A stretch of DNA of 64,000 nucleotides from Octopus vulgaris. Taxonomy: Eukaryota. Positions 41,577-55,448 of the stretch are shown piece by piece. The notes under the pieces were generated by a model. It worked only from the letters and a program-made list of their open reading frames with translations. It was not told where the DNA came from and did not search any database. Made by a program: the position numbers and the translations under genes. Location of the stretch: contig OX597827.1 in the NCBI GenBank assembly GCA_951406725.2, forward strand, positions 44,144,001 to 44,208,000, written 5' to 3'. Numbering within the stretch: position 1 is the first letter of the stretch; every line of letters starts with the position of its first letter.

Positions 41577-41586
41577 TAATAATAAT
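40597..41586 (+). mobile_element. Two tandem family E copies, each ending in (AAT)n
   Basis: 40597-41061 and 41064-41586 are near-identical. Confidence 0.85.
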
Positions 41587-41818
41587 CCTTTCTACTAAAG
41601 GCCCAAGACCTAAAATTTCGAGTGAGGGGACCAGTGGATTACATCGATTACAGAGTTTCACTGGTACTTAATTTATCGACCCAGAAATGATAAAGGGCAA
41701 AATCAACCTCGGTGGAATTTGAACTCAGAACGTAAAGACGGGCGAAATACCGCTAACCATTTCGTCCGGCGTGCTAACGATTCAGCCAGCTCACCGCCTT
41801 TTTCTGCCAGCTCGCCAG
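41586..41818 (-). mobile_element. SINE family A (diverged)
   Basis: gaatttgaactcagaacgt..gtgctaacgattc.gccagctc. Confidence 0.75.
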
Positions 41819-41855
41819 CAACAACAACAACGACAACAACAACAACAACAACAAT

Positions 41856-41964
<109 letters not shown>

Positions 41965-41980
41965 GTAATAATAATAATAA

Positions 41981-42036
<56 letters not shown>

Positions 42037-42070
42037 ATAATAATAATAATAGTAATAATAATAATATGTA

Positions 42071-42104
<34 letters not shown>

Positions 42105-42289
42105 ATATACTTATATATATTTTTTCAACTAAAATTGGTGTACATTTATACACAAAAGAGGTGACCCCTAACAGGACTCCATATATATATTTTGTGTGTG
42201 TGTGTGTGTGTATAACACTTTGTCGTGTGGGGAGTGAGTGGGCTCTGTATAAGTGCGCATGTAGGTACATGCCTGTCGATGTAACATAA

Positions 42290-42655
42290 TAACTCTGCTG
42301 ACAATACACACGCCAGCGGGTGCTTCGGGGATACCTCTGGCGTTGGTGGTATTTTCCTCATTAGATAAATAGAACAGACGCATTTACTGTATCTGTTCTA
42401 GCAACTATCGTTACTAGAATTACAGCTATAGCTAAAAGTGCTAGTGTGTTTACTACAGATACATGTACTGTTAGCCAGAATTACAAATGCATGTACTTTT
42501 AATACAAGTAGGAAAAAAAATAAAGAGCAGCTTTCGGCTTTTAGTACAACTACAAATACTTAGGCTTTTAGCTGTAAGTACGAAAGCAAAAATAGTTTGA
42601 TATTTGGAAATAACGGGAAAATGGTGAAGAGTTTTCTCGAAAGTTTGTTACTGCT
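42290..42655 (+). mobile_element. Unclassified interspersed repeat X (other copies at 46350-46700 inverted and 51590-51900)
   Basis: Shared atgcatgtacttttag..ttttagtacaa.tac.aata..ggcttttag..tgatatttggaaa. Confidence 0.55.
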
Positions 42656-42660
42656 CATAT

Positions 42661-42720
<60 letters not shown>

Positions 42721-42776
42721 TGAGTGTGTGTGTGTGTATTATATATGTGTTTATATATACACATATATATATATAT

Positions 42777-42822
<46 letters not shown>

Positions 42823-42913
42823 GGATAGATAGGTATGCATGTATGTATGTATTTACGTATGTATGTAAGTATAGATGATAGATATACATATATATGTACA
42901 TACTCGAATACAT

Positions 42914-42955
<42 letters not shown>

Positions 42956-43216
42956 TCATATGCATTTATATAAATATATGTATGTATGTACGTATATATG
43001 TATGTTTGTTAGTATGTATGTACGTATATATGTATGTTTGTATGTATGTATGTATGTATGTATGTACGTATGTAAGTATGTATTTTAGCTGTACATATAA
43101 ATTATATAGTCAAGGACCTAGAGTTTCACTGACAACGCTTATCACTTTGACAAAGCTATCAAAGGAAATTCTAATCTCTTGAGTCGTTTATGCTGCTTCA
43201 TATTAAATGGAATCAG

Positions 43217-43304
<88 letters not shown>

Positions 43305-44028
43305 TACATGTCAATGTGAGTGTCTATGTATTTATGTTTGAATGTTTGTTTCATATTCAATCTCCTCCTATAACCCCTTCTCAAGGAGCTACCTCACACT
43401 TCTCCCTCCTGCTCTCTTTTTCTTCCGTTCGACAATCATTGCCTTCACTTCACCCGAGCTACATCTGGACATATCCCTTGTCTCGTTTTATTCGATTTTA
43501 AGGTCGTAAAGCGCTTTCCTTTCATTCATACCTTAGTAACACAAGAGTCCTATATTTAGTGCACATTCGAAAGACCATTTATTTAATAATCGCTTTCTTT
43601 TGTATTTTTTCTATCATACATTGAATGTTGTAGGCATACGTTCAACTATAGATGTTTACACTTCCCTTTTCGTTTCATTTTGTACTTTTATTGTATTTCC
43701 GTCCCACCTGACTTAAAATTAGTTTCCATCCGAAGAACATTTGCCTTTTCTCTTGGTCACTCTTTATACTGTTGTATTTCGAAACCCGTAATCTGATTTT
43801 TCTTGTCTTAGTTCGTTTCTTATGCATTCCTGTCTATACCTTCGTAGCTCAGATCACTAATAGACATCGGTGGCAGGAACTATTTTATCTCAGGTGCCGA
43901 AATTATGATGGTTTCCACTTGGCAACTGATGAAGAGGTCAGACTTGTGTAGATTTATTTGTGCTGGGGTTTTTTTCCCCGTTCCTTAGAATTTCTTTCTT
44001 CTTTGTTGTCTGAGACATTTTCCCAATG

Positions 44029-44082
<54 letters not shown>

Positions 44083-44111
44083 CGTGTTTTCTAAAGGTTT
44101 TATTTAATACC

Positions 44112-44343
44112 TATTTCTGTTCTACCCACAAGGGGCTAAACACAGAGAGGACAAACAAGGACAGACAAACGGACTAAGTCAATTACATCGACCCCAGTGT
44201 GTAACTGGTACTTATTTAATCGACCCCGAAAGGATGAAAGGCAAAGTCGACCTTGGCGGAATTTGAACCCAGAACGTAACGGCAGACGAAATACCACTAA
44301 GCATTTCGCCCGGCGTGCTAACGATTCTGCCAGCTCGCCGCCT
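44112..44343 (-). mobile_element. SINE family A with 16-bp TSD ggttttatttaatacc
   Basis: TSD at 44096-44111 and 44372-44387. Confidence 0.88.
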
Positions 44344-44399
44344 TATTTATCTCAGGTGCCGAAATTGTGATGGTTTTATTTAATACCGGCTACTCACCA

Positions 44400-44900
44400 T
44401 CTTTCGCCAAACGGTAGAAGAGTAATAAGATACCAAAGAAGGGCCCACACATCCAGAAATGGTATATGCTTCATAAGACTGCAGTATATCGATGATTGGA
44501 CCACTTCTGCTATCCACCGAGTGATCGGTAGAGACCGGACCCTTTATTCCATCTTAGTGAAAATTCCTGTCCGAGAATCAAATCAATGGACCGCAACGAG
44601 GATACACGCTGGGTAACCATATTAATTGTGAGGGCCTAGTTAATGTACCAAGCAGTCTGCAGCAAATGTACCAGTTTATGTACTGGAAGCACTATCCGAA
44701 ACTACATATCCACATCAAGGAACATGGAACACATGCAAACACACCATTCAAAGAACACATAATGACATGCCTCACATGAGACTTTATAGTTACACTCTAA
44801 GTAAAAACAAACATAATATCGATAGTGTGAGGATCAGATAAAATATCGTTCATAAACTAAAGCTACGATCGAGAGTTACACGACGCAGATTGATTATTTT
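44400..44900 (+). mobile_element. Highly degenerate Penelope-like GIY-YIG remnant
   Basis: ~44640-44760 reads approximately MYQAVCSKCTSLCTGSTIR.LHIHIKEH, resembling VYxxxCxxCxxxYIGSTxRxLxxRIKEH. Confidence 0.5.
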
Positions 44901-45499
44901 AACAATAACAGTCTACGCACATCGCAAACACATCCACTAGGCTCACATATCTGTGTAAAAGATTCTAGCACGTCACCATCTTTTATTTTTCTCCTGACAA
45001 AGGAGAATTCATCCTAAATTATAGAAATATAAGGTAAAGTGCAAGTTGCTTTCTTCATTACTTCTGTTTCTCTGCCTATAGTTCATTTTACATTATAGTA
45101 TATTTTAAACCATTTGAATTATATATTTATATAATAATATATATTTATGTACGTGTGTGCATGTATATATGTGTTCCTCATCGGTTGCAGCCAATTCTCG
45201 AACATTAAAGACGTAAAACATTGATGTATGTTATTTCCCTCCTTCAAATTTACTCAGAAGTCCCTTTCTGAAAGGTTGGATATTCCAATCTCAACCATAT
45301 TCTTTCTATAGCCTCCTCCCCCCCTCTCTCTCTCTCTTTTCTTTATTCCTCTCCCCCCTCTCTCTCTCTCTCTCACTTTCTCTCTTTGATATATATACAT
45401 ACATATAAAGTGTGTACATATTTGTTTATACATATATTCTATATGCATATGTATATATCTTACATGAATATGTATAAATAGTTATGTGGATATATACAT

Positions 45500-45828
45500 A
45501 CATACATACATGTCTAGATATGCAACTATACGCATGAGAATACATAAGACATACAAATCTGCACATACATACATACATACATACATACATACATACATAC
45601 ATACATACATACATACATACATACATACATACATACTTACATACATACATACAAAAATACCCTCTTGATGATGTTGAAATTCCAATGAAGGAGCCTTTAA
45701 TCTATGTTAGAAACCGGTTCTTTCTCTATAGGCAAGAAATCTTCAAATAACCTGAATAATGACATACATGCATACATACATACATACATACATACATACA
45801 TACATACATACATACATACATACATACA

Positions 45829-45862
<34 letters not shown>

Positions 45863-46200
45863 CATACATAGGGCTCTGGGATATGTAACACACGGCCTAA
45901 ATACCAATCTTAGGAAATTAGGCTTCTCAAAACCAGAAAGGTGAAAGCTAATTGGAAGACTACAGATCCAATCCATCACTGGAACTGTAAAAATCTATAA
46001 AACTTTCCAGAAGTTTATCATTTAAATATATATGAGCATGTCTAGATATGCAGCTATAAACATGAGAATACATACATAAAACATACAAATCTGCACATAT
46101 GCTGTTGATGTTGAAATTCCAGTGAAGGGACCTTGTATCTAGGTTAGAAACCGGTTCTTTATCTATTGGCAAGAGATCTTGAAATGAAACTGAACAATGA
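45500..46200 (+). mobile_element. Two 3' fragments of family F R4-like LINE interleaved with (CATA)n
   Basis: 45500-45762 and 45869-46200 match 29585-29957. Confidence 0.85.
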
Positions 46201-46304
46201 CATACATACATACATACATACATACATACATACATACATACATACATACATACATACATACATGCATACATATACATACATACATACATACATACATACA
46301 TACA

Positions 46305-46336
<32 letters not shown>

Positions 46337-47019
46337 CATACATACATACTGTATGCAAACATTACGAAATATTCGAGACAGGTTTTCATCAGTTTTATAA
46401 TTCCAAGTATTGAATTATCTTTGTTATGTACTTATAACTAAAAGACAATATTTGTAATTGTACCAACAAGCATGTTTTCTTTCCTACTTGCACTAAAAGT
46501 ACATGCATTCATGCATTTGCGATTGTAGCTAATAGTACATGTATCTTCAGTAAACCTAGCAGCACTTTTAGTATGTGGATGTAATTCTACTAACGACACC
46601 AATCACATAAACAAGACGCTTTGTGCATCCTAAAGTATCTGATGAGGAAAAAATAATGGCAATGTCAAAATGTGCCATTGAAACACTCTGAGGCGATTGG
46701 TTTGTGGAGAGATGGTATTATGTTACGTGTTTGCTTGCGCAAACAGATACACCCACACGCGTACGCACACACACATACAGACAACCGGTGCGCCTGCTTC
46801 ATACGCATATTCACGTACTATATGCATATACGTACATACGCACATATTTGGTACAGTTACAGGCTCATATATGCACATAAAAATATATAGATACATATAT
46901 GTTTATGTTATATATATATATATATATCTTTCTTCCCTTCTTTCCTGAGCGTCCAATAATACTTTATTTGTTCCACATCCTTGCGTTGTTGTTTTTTGTT
47001 TTCTTGTTTGGATTAACTT

Positions 47020-47086
<67 letters not shown>

Positions 47087-47120
47087 GCATATAAATATAT
47101 ATATATATATATATACACAT

Positions 47121-47187
<67 letters not shown>

Positions 47188-47297
47188 AAAAATGGTAAAT
47201 AATTTTTCAGTGGTATTTCATATAACCAACAATTATTTACCGGTAAATTTCAGTATGTAAATATGACAAATTCATCGTCAGGAACTTTTGTAAAGTT

Positions 47298-47625
47298 CAG
47301 TATATAGTAAAACTAATAAAAAGGGCTAGCAACAGGCTGCTTCGCCGCATACCGAAGGGATTAGAAATGGCAGTCAAAGACTGTTTTTTCCATTTTCTAT
47401 AAGTGGAGATTCCATATACGACGGACCCCGCGATTCACATACACAAAATCGGAGTAGCAAATAAACGAAAACAATCTCTTGTGTATGTGAATCGCGGGGT
47501 CCGTCGTATATGGAATTTCCACTTATAGAAAATGGAAAAAAACAGTCTTTGACTGCCATTTCTAATTCCTTCGGTATGCGGCGAAGCAGCCTGTTGCTTG
47601 CCCTTTTAATTATTTTTACTATATA
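47298..47625. mobile_element. Fold-back of the pLTR-like family seen at 3215-3460
   Basis: Arms ~47298-47445 and 47479-47625; ~33-bp spacer; (TA)n follows. Confidence 0.85.
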
Positions 47626-47732
47626 TATATATATATATAAATATATATATATACATATACACATTGATATCAGTGCAGTTATATATTTGTTTGAGAATGT
47701 CTGTCTAATACACACACATATATATTTACTGA

Positions 47733-48045
47733 AGGCGCATGGCACAGTGGTTACAGCGTCGTGCTTACGATCATGAAGTTGTGAGTTCGAATCCCGGACC
47801 GGGCTGCGTGTTGTGTTCCTGAACAAGACACTTTATTTCACGTTGCTCCAGTTAACTCAGCTGTAGAATTGTGTTGCGGCATCACATGTGCCAATCTGTA
47901 TCGGCCTTTGTCTTTCCCTTAGATAACACTGGTGGCGTGGAGAGGGGAGGCCGGTATGCATGGGCAACTGCTGGTCTTCCATAAACAACTTTGCCCGGAC
48001 TTGTGCCTAGGAGGGTAATTTTCTAGGTGCAATCCCATGGTCTGC
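47733..48045 (+). mobile_element. tRNA-derived SINE family D (CORE-like)
   Basis: tggcacagtggtta (A box), gagttcgaatccc (B box), ttgtgttcctgaacaagacacttt core. Confidence 0.75.
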
Positions 48046-48062
48046 ACATATATATATATATA

Positions 48063-48446
48063 TATTTCTTTACTACCCACAAGGGGCTAAACATAGAGAG
48101 GACAAACAAGGACAGACAAAGGGATTAAGTCGATTACATGGACCCCAGTGCGAAACTGGTACTTGATTTATCGACCCCGAAAGGATGAAAGGCAATGTCG
48201 ACCTCGGTGGAATTTGAACTCGGAACGTAACGACAGGGGCTAAACACAGAGGGGACAAACAAGGACAGACAAACGGATTAAGTCGATTACATCGACCCCA
48301 GTACGTAACTGATACTTAATTTATCGACCCCGAAAGGATGAAAAGCAAATCGACCTCGGCGGAATTTGAACTCAGAACGTAACAGCAGACGAAATACGGC
48401 TACGCATTTCGCCCGGCGTGCTAAAGTTGCTGCCAGCTTGCCGCCT
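48063..48446 (-). mobile_element. SINE family A head-to-tail dimer
   Basis: Two family A bodies joined at ~48235. Confidence 0.85.
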
Positions 48447-48447
48447 T

Positions 48448-48484
<37 letters not shown>

Positions 48485-48803
48485 CTGTGTGCATACATGC
48501 ATGCATATATTCATACATGCATACGTACATACGTACACATCCGTTCAAAGGCAAAGTATGTTATTTCATGTTTCGAAGGTGAGTCCAGTATCGCCTGAGC
48601 ATACACCCTACACTCTCCAGAAGGAACATCTTGCATGTTGTAGGCAACATATTCAACACACAAGATATCTATTTATGTTTATGTGTGTACGCGCGCGCGC
48701 TTTTAATATCCACATAATGATTACTAAAAAGAATAAAAAGAAATAAAACAAGAAAATAGAGTCTAGTTCATAGCACGCTCGATCAACTATGAATATTTCG
48801 ATT

Positions 48804-48838
<35 letters not shown>

Positions 48839-49122
48839 CTTGGTTAGTTCTCTGAGAAAACAATACTATATATTCTCTTCATGTCTTTCACCTCATCTAA
48901 ATGTGCAGTTAGTTTTTGAAATATATCGTTTCCTAATCAACATCTCCAACATGAGTGCATATCATGATTCGAAGTTCGTCAAACCACAAACAGCCAGCGG
49001 AAATTTTCGCTCCGGTGGTTGTAGTATCACTCGTGTCTGAGATGGGGAAACATCGTTACTTCTGAGGATTCATCGAAGAAAAGGTGCTTTCATACACGGG
49101 AGCAGTCGCAAAAATACGGCGG

Positions 49123-49300
49123 AAAGGATCGATGGGCCACGCTTTGGCGGTCCGTATTCGTACTGAAAATCGAGATCGAGCGCGCTTTTGCACTTTTGTT
49201 CGATGTGTGGTTTCCATCCACGCTGAGCTCGCCTTGGGACACCTGCGCTACCGTTTGACAGACCGTCCCAGTCAAACACCCGGACCAACACTGTTCTCGA
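49123..49300 (-). pseudogene. 28S rRNA gene fragment (domain V region), diverged
   Basis: aaggatcgatgggcc..gcggtccgtattcgtactgaaaatc..gagctcgccttgggacacctgcg.taccgtttgacag..cccagtcaaac matches conserved eukaryotic LSU rRNA in antisense. Confidence 0.88.
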
Positions 49301-49734
49301 CTAAGGGTTATATTTTCTACTGCTCTGGTTTAAAAAGAAGTAGAATTTTAGTCATAATTTTTTTTCGGCATACAGTGATTGTCTAACTGATACATGTTTT
49401 TTTCTCTGTATATTTTCTCTCCTCATCCGTCTTTTCGGTAAAAGAGCGTATGCTCGAAACGTTAAAGACTGCTTCTAGTTTTCCTAAGCGTCGACTTAAT
49501 GCACAGTTTCTTTGCTTTTTTTAAATTATAAATGTGTATGTATGTGTGCGTACTTGTGTATGTATGTATATGGATATATGCATCCATGTGTGCATGTGTG
49601 TGTATATATATATAAATATGTGTGTGTGACTCTGTGTGCGTGTGTGCATGTGTGCCTATGTATATATATATATATATATATATATAAATATATATTATAT
49701 ATTGCGTGTGTGTGTGTATGTATATGTATGAATG

Positions 49735-49779
<45 letters not shown>

Positions 49780-49858
49780 CCCCATGGAACCTCATTCCCA
49801 TTTAGCCCTTGAATCCTTCCTCTTTTCTCCATCCACTTCTCATTTATTTTATGTATAC

Positions 49859-49965
<107 letters not shown>

Positions 49966-50061
49966 CATGTATAATGTAAAGCATGTATATATATATATAT
50001 ATGTGTGCGTGTGTGTGTGTGTGTGTGTATGTGTGTGTGTGTTTATATGTACACGGCTTTT

Positions 50062-51035
50062 CATAGTGGCTCTCTCAGATATGCCCTCGGCTGCACGGAT
50101 AACCACCCTTGCTAGCTACGCACACTATTCTAAAGTCTCGCAGAAAAGACGAAACCCTTGCGATGCTGCAAGCCACCAGCAGGAGTTGGACGTAATTTAC
50201 AGATGGAAAGAGAACAATAATATTCAGTTTAATGCTGGAAAATTCTAAGCCCTGCGCTACCAGCACACAAACTGAAAAACTTACAGGGTACACTCGCCAA
50301 GAGGGGGTTACATGCGTGACATGGATATCGACATGAGTGATAATACCTCTTTCCAAGTGCACATTACTAAGATGGCGACAAAGTGCAGATAGCTGGATGG
50401 ATGGATCCTGAAAACCTCCAGAACCAGAGAGAAGGAAAACGTGATGGTCCTCTGGAGGACATTCGTCCTCAGCCGCCTGAATTACTGCTCCCAACTATGG
50501 TCGCCTCATAGCAATCCAGCGAAGCTTCATAAAGAATATTGTCTCATTTCAACAACTTAACTATTGGGAAAGGCTGAAACAGCTAAGACTCTACACCCTG
50601 GATCGAAGGCGGACGAGGTATGAAGTAATATATATAAAAAGAGACTGTGCCAAATTTTGGCATTGAAAACTACACAAGTGCCAGAAATATTCGCCACTGC
50701 ACAGTCCCAAAGATTACAACAATGCGGTCGCACTTCAGGATCAGTTACTGCAACAGCCTGGATTTCAAGGACCCACATCTTTTTAATGTTCTCCCAAAGA
50801 GCTTGAGGGCCCTACACAAAGTAGATATAGGTGTTTTCAAAACAAAACTGGATCTTTTCTTGTCAAGAGTCCCAGATGAACCTACATCGCGGCAGGAGGC
50901 GCAAATGAGGGCAACGACACATCAAACTCCCTTATTGACCAAAGCCTACATATCAGAGGAAGCTCTCAATAATAACAGTGTAGCAAAACGGTGGTGCCCC
51001 AGCATGGCCACAGCTTTGAGCTGAAGCTAAAATAA
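50062..51035 (+). mobile_element. CR1/L2-group LINE family H, degenerate 3' third with 3' end
   Basis: LASYAHYSK (YADD-like), [52 protein letters not shown]. Confidence 0.85.
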
Positions 51036-51074
51036 TATATATATATATATATACACAAATATAATCATACATAT

Positions 51075-51190
51075 AGACGCAGGAGTGGTTGTGTAAAAAC
51101 TTGGGTAAGTGTCTTCCACTATAGCCTCATCCGACCAAAGCCTTGTGAGTGGATTTGGTAGACAGAAACCGAAAGAAGCCCGTCGTATAT

Positions 51191-51271
<81 letters not shown>

Positions 51272-51457
51272 TGTGTGTTTGTGTTTGATCCCCCAACATC
51301 CCTTGACAACCTATACTGGTGTGTCTTAACTTAGCAGTTCGGCAAAAGAGACCGATAGAACAAGTACTAGGCTTAGTCCCGAGGCCGATTTTTTCGACTA
51401 AGGCGGTGCTCCAGCATGGCCGCAGTCAAATGACTGAAACAAATAAAAGATTAAAAA
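51075..51457 (+). mobile_element. SINE family B with internal deletions
   Basis: Family B core and tail. Confidence 0.8.
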
Positions 51458-51487
51458 AATATATATGCGCGTGTTTGAGCGCGTGTG

Positions 51488-51520
<33 letters not shown>

Positions 51521-51928
51521 GTGTATATACGAGAGTAAGTTTCTGTGTGAAAGCAGGCGTAACGTAATTCACTCTCAGACAATATAAACACTGTGCGTTC
51601 TTGGATAGTCCCCATGTCATTATTTCATTTGAGCATTTTTTCATCATTAAATAGATAGGAAAAACACATGTGTGTTATTGTTGCTACTAAAATTACAAGT
51701 ACACCTAAAAGTGCAAGAATGTACTTTTAGTTAGGTTCACAAATGCATGCACTTTTAGTACGAGAAGAAAAAAAAGACAGACATCATCTGCTTTTAGTAC
51801 AATTACGAATATTTTGGCTTTTAGTTATATGCAAAAATAGGTTGATATTTGGAAACGTCGTGCAAATGTGAGCTCTTTCGTAAGTTTGGTAGTTAGTGCA
51901 TATGGTACTTCGTTGTGCCATTTATTTA

Positions 51929-51997
<69 letters not shown>

Positions 51998-52859
51998 CGA
52001 GGGGCTCCTCCGTGCATATAATTCTTTTATTCTGTTACTGCTGGCGGACTTTAAACTGAGGCCATGCTGGGGCAGTGCCTTCAAGTGTTTTTGGCTATTA
52101 TATCTATCTCCCGTACTTATATCGTTCTGCTTCATCGATTACCGAGTTACTTTTCTTTACATCGAGAGATGCAACTCGATATATCGCTTTAAATTATAAA
52201 AATGTTGACTATTTTCTATAAGGATTCAAAAAGAATGGGAATGAAAATAGAATTTGGTTTTAAAGGTATGTATGTAACGATAATGGGTTTAAAGGTACTA
52301 TGTAAGTGGTATATACTTTTCAATAATGTAGTCTTCCATATATTATATTTTAGTGAAAGATTAACTGGCAACAGTTGGAAAACCTTTAATTATCAATCGT
52401 CCCGATCTGAGCAAGAGTTAATTCGGTGGTCTATTAACAGGAGCAACAACGACAGCCACAACATTTTCTCAAACTTTGGAGGGGTGAGGTCAACACTCCT
52501 GAATTGGCTCTCATTTTTAAACATACCCCCATTGAATTATCTTTCAAAAAACTTCACAAAGTAGAATAAGAATTAGTTATATTTGCCATAAAAAAAAACA
52601 GAAAGAGAACAGAGAAGTCAAAATCGCCGGGCTGGAGCGCTTAGAGTGTAACGAAAAGATCTCCTGTCTCACCGCAAAATAATTGCGTCGACGTTGGCGA
52701 AGTGTTTTTTCCACTTAATATTTTTCCATCGTAAACAACCACAAGTTGCCCCGAATTCTTGCGTTTCACTCACTTATCTTTCGTTCCAGATGTGTTGCAA
52801 TAATCATTATCGTTATCTGTAAATCTTAGTAAAGGAGTAATTGTAGAATAACAGCAACC

Positions 52860-52967
52860 AGAACGGAGAAGAAGAACAAGAAGAACAAGAACAAGAAGAA
52901 GAACAAGAACAAGAACAAGAACAAGAACAAGAAGAACAAGAAAGAGGAGGAGGAGGAGGAGGAGAAG

Positions 52968-53021
<54 letters not shown>

Positions 53022-53567
53022 GAGTAGTAGTAGTAGTAGTAGTGATGGTGATGATGATGATGATGATGATTACTAAAACGATGATGAAGATGACGACGAC
53101 GAGGATGATGATGATGATGATGGGATGGTGAAGGGAAGGGAAGGGGAGGATAATGATGATGATGATGATGAAGAGGAAGCGGAGATGAAGAGGAGGCCGA
53201 GGACGGGAAGATGATGATGATGATGACGACGATGACGATGAGGCTGGTGGTGATGGCGGTGGCGGCGGTGGCGGTGGTGGCGACGGTGGTGGTCGTGGTC
53301 GTGGTCGTGGTGGTCGTTGTGGGTGTGGTCGTGATGGTGGTGGTCGTGGTAGTGGCGACGGCGGCGATCGTGCTGGTTATAGTTGTGCTTGTAGTGGTGA
53401 TAACGGTGGTCACGATGATAATGATGACGATTGCGATGATGATGATGATGATGAGGAGGAGGAGGAGGAGGAGGAGGAGGAGGAAGAAGGAGAAGAAGAA
53501 GAAGAAGAAGAAGAAGAAGAAGAAGAAGAAGAAGAAGAAGAAGAAGAAGAAGAAGAAGAAGAAGAAG

Positions 53568-53599
<32 letters not shown>

Positions 53600-53722
53600 G
53601 AAGAAGAAGAAGAAGAAGAAGAAGAAGAAGAAGAAGAAGAAGAAGAAGAAGAAGAAGAAGAAGAAGAAGAAGAAGAAGAAGAAGAAGAAGAAGAAGAAGA
53701 AGAAGAAGAAGAAGAAGAAGAA
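52860..53722. repeat. Long compound trinucleotide tract (GAA/TAG/GAT/GGT/GAG)
   Basis: Direct reading. Confidence 0.95.
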
Positions 53723-53971
53723 ATTTAAAAAAATGGCCGTTTTGTTCAAAGACAGAGCAAGCAAGCACTCAATTTCTATTATCGAGAATCTATTTCTGAA
53801 CAAAAGAAGCAAGAGAAGAAATAAGTGGGGTTTTTTTTGTTTTGTTTTTTAAGTTCAACATTTAAATGTATACAGCTGTCGTCTGAATATCACTGACTGA
53901 ACCTTGTTCCTTGGATACCGTCTCCAGCTTTATTGGAGAGAAAACGTCCAGAATATTTCTTCAATAAATGC

Positions 53972-54029
<58 letters not shown>

Positions 54030-54690
54030 TGTACATATATACATATATATATGCATGTGTATTTACATATATATATACACATATATGTGTGTGTGTTTAT
54101 ATTCATGTATGTGTATATATATATAAATATATATACATATGAAAAATACTACAGTCGTTATATATTCCATAAAAATATGCGCGTTCATTCGTATGAGGCA
54201 CATAAATATATGTATGTGTATATATATATGTATATATATACATGTATACGTATATATATACACGCACACAGACACACACGCACACACACACACACGCACA
54301 CACACACACATATATATATCCTAAGTTCGTATGTACGTATAGATATATATATATATATATATGTACATTTATATATATATATGCATGTATATATGTATAT
54401 ACATATAGGTATATATATATATATATATGCATATACGCACACACACACATATACATATATCTATATACACACATACACACATACACATATATATATATCC
54501 TAAGTTCGTATGTACGTATAGATATATAGATATATATGTACATTTATATATATATATATGCATGTATATATGTATATACATATAGATAAATATATATGCA
54601 TATACGCACACACACATATACATATATCTATATACACACATACACACATACACACAAAATATGCACATGTACTCATATATCATATTTTCA

Positions 54691-54728
<38 letters not shown>

Positions 54729-54778
54729 ATACACACACACATACACACATGCGTATGTGTCTGTATGTGGATGAATCA

Positions 54779-55163
54779 GTGGAGGCGCAATGGCCCAGTG
54801 GTTAGGGCAGCGGACTCGCGGTCATAGGATCGCGGTTTCGATTCCCAGACCGGGCGTTGTGAGTGTTTATTGAGCGAAAACACCTAAAGCTCCACGAGGC
54901 TCCGGCAGGGGATGGTGGTGATCCCTGCTGTACTCTTTCACCACAACTTTCTCTCACTCATACTTCCTGTTTCTGTTGTACCTGTATTTCAAAGGACCGG
55001 CCTTGTCACTCTCTGTGTCACGCTGAATATCTCCGAGAACTACGTTAAGGGTACACGTGTCTGTGGAGTGCTCAGCCACTTACACGTTAATTTCACGAGC
55101 AGGCTGTTCCGTTGATTCGGATCAACCGGAACCCTCGTCGTCGTAACCGACGGAGTGCTTCCA
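54779..55163 (+). mobile_element. Full-length SINE family C
   Basis: tRNA-like head with A/B boxes; matches 33008-33392. Confidence 0.9.
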
Positions 55164-55368
55164 TGTGTATGAATATGAGAAGAGCCTGATATTAAAACAG
55201 GGAACAGCAACGACAACGACTTCGTCGACGAAGGCGACAACAACAATGGCGACCACGACGACGAAGAATACGCTAATAAAAAATTATCAACAGAAATACA
55301 AGAAAACCATAAATAACTTGAAGAAATCAACGACGTCTATCACCATTAACATCAATCTGCTGCTACTG

Positions 55369-55448
<80 letters not shown>

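Noticed and set aside
43910-43945. CTGATGA after GAAA
   Set aside because: No convincing stems could be drawn.
46370-46400. CTGATGA on the minus strand
   Set aside because: No stem II/GAAA or stem I partner; lies within repeat X; chance 7-mer.
52620-52800. CpG-containing unique island, possible promoter or 5' UTR
   Set aside because: No identifiable core promoter, exon or downstream ORF to support it.
52826-53812. 328-aa ORF
   Set aside because: Compound trinucleotide repeat.
54240-54660. ~179-bp tandem duplication containing tcctaagttcgtatgtacg
   Set aside because: Ordinary slippage duplication within a compound microsatellite.
54779-54855. tRNA gene
   Set aside because: The tRNA-like head continues into a SINE body repeated elsewhere, and there is no proper acceptor stem.
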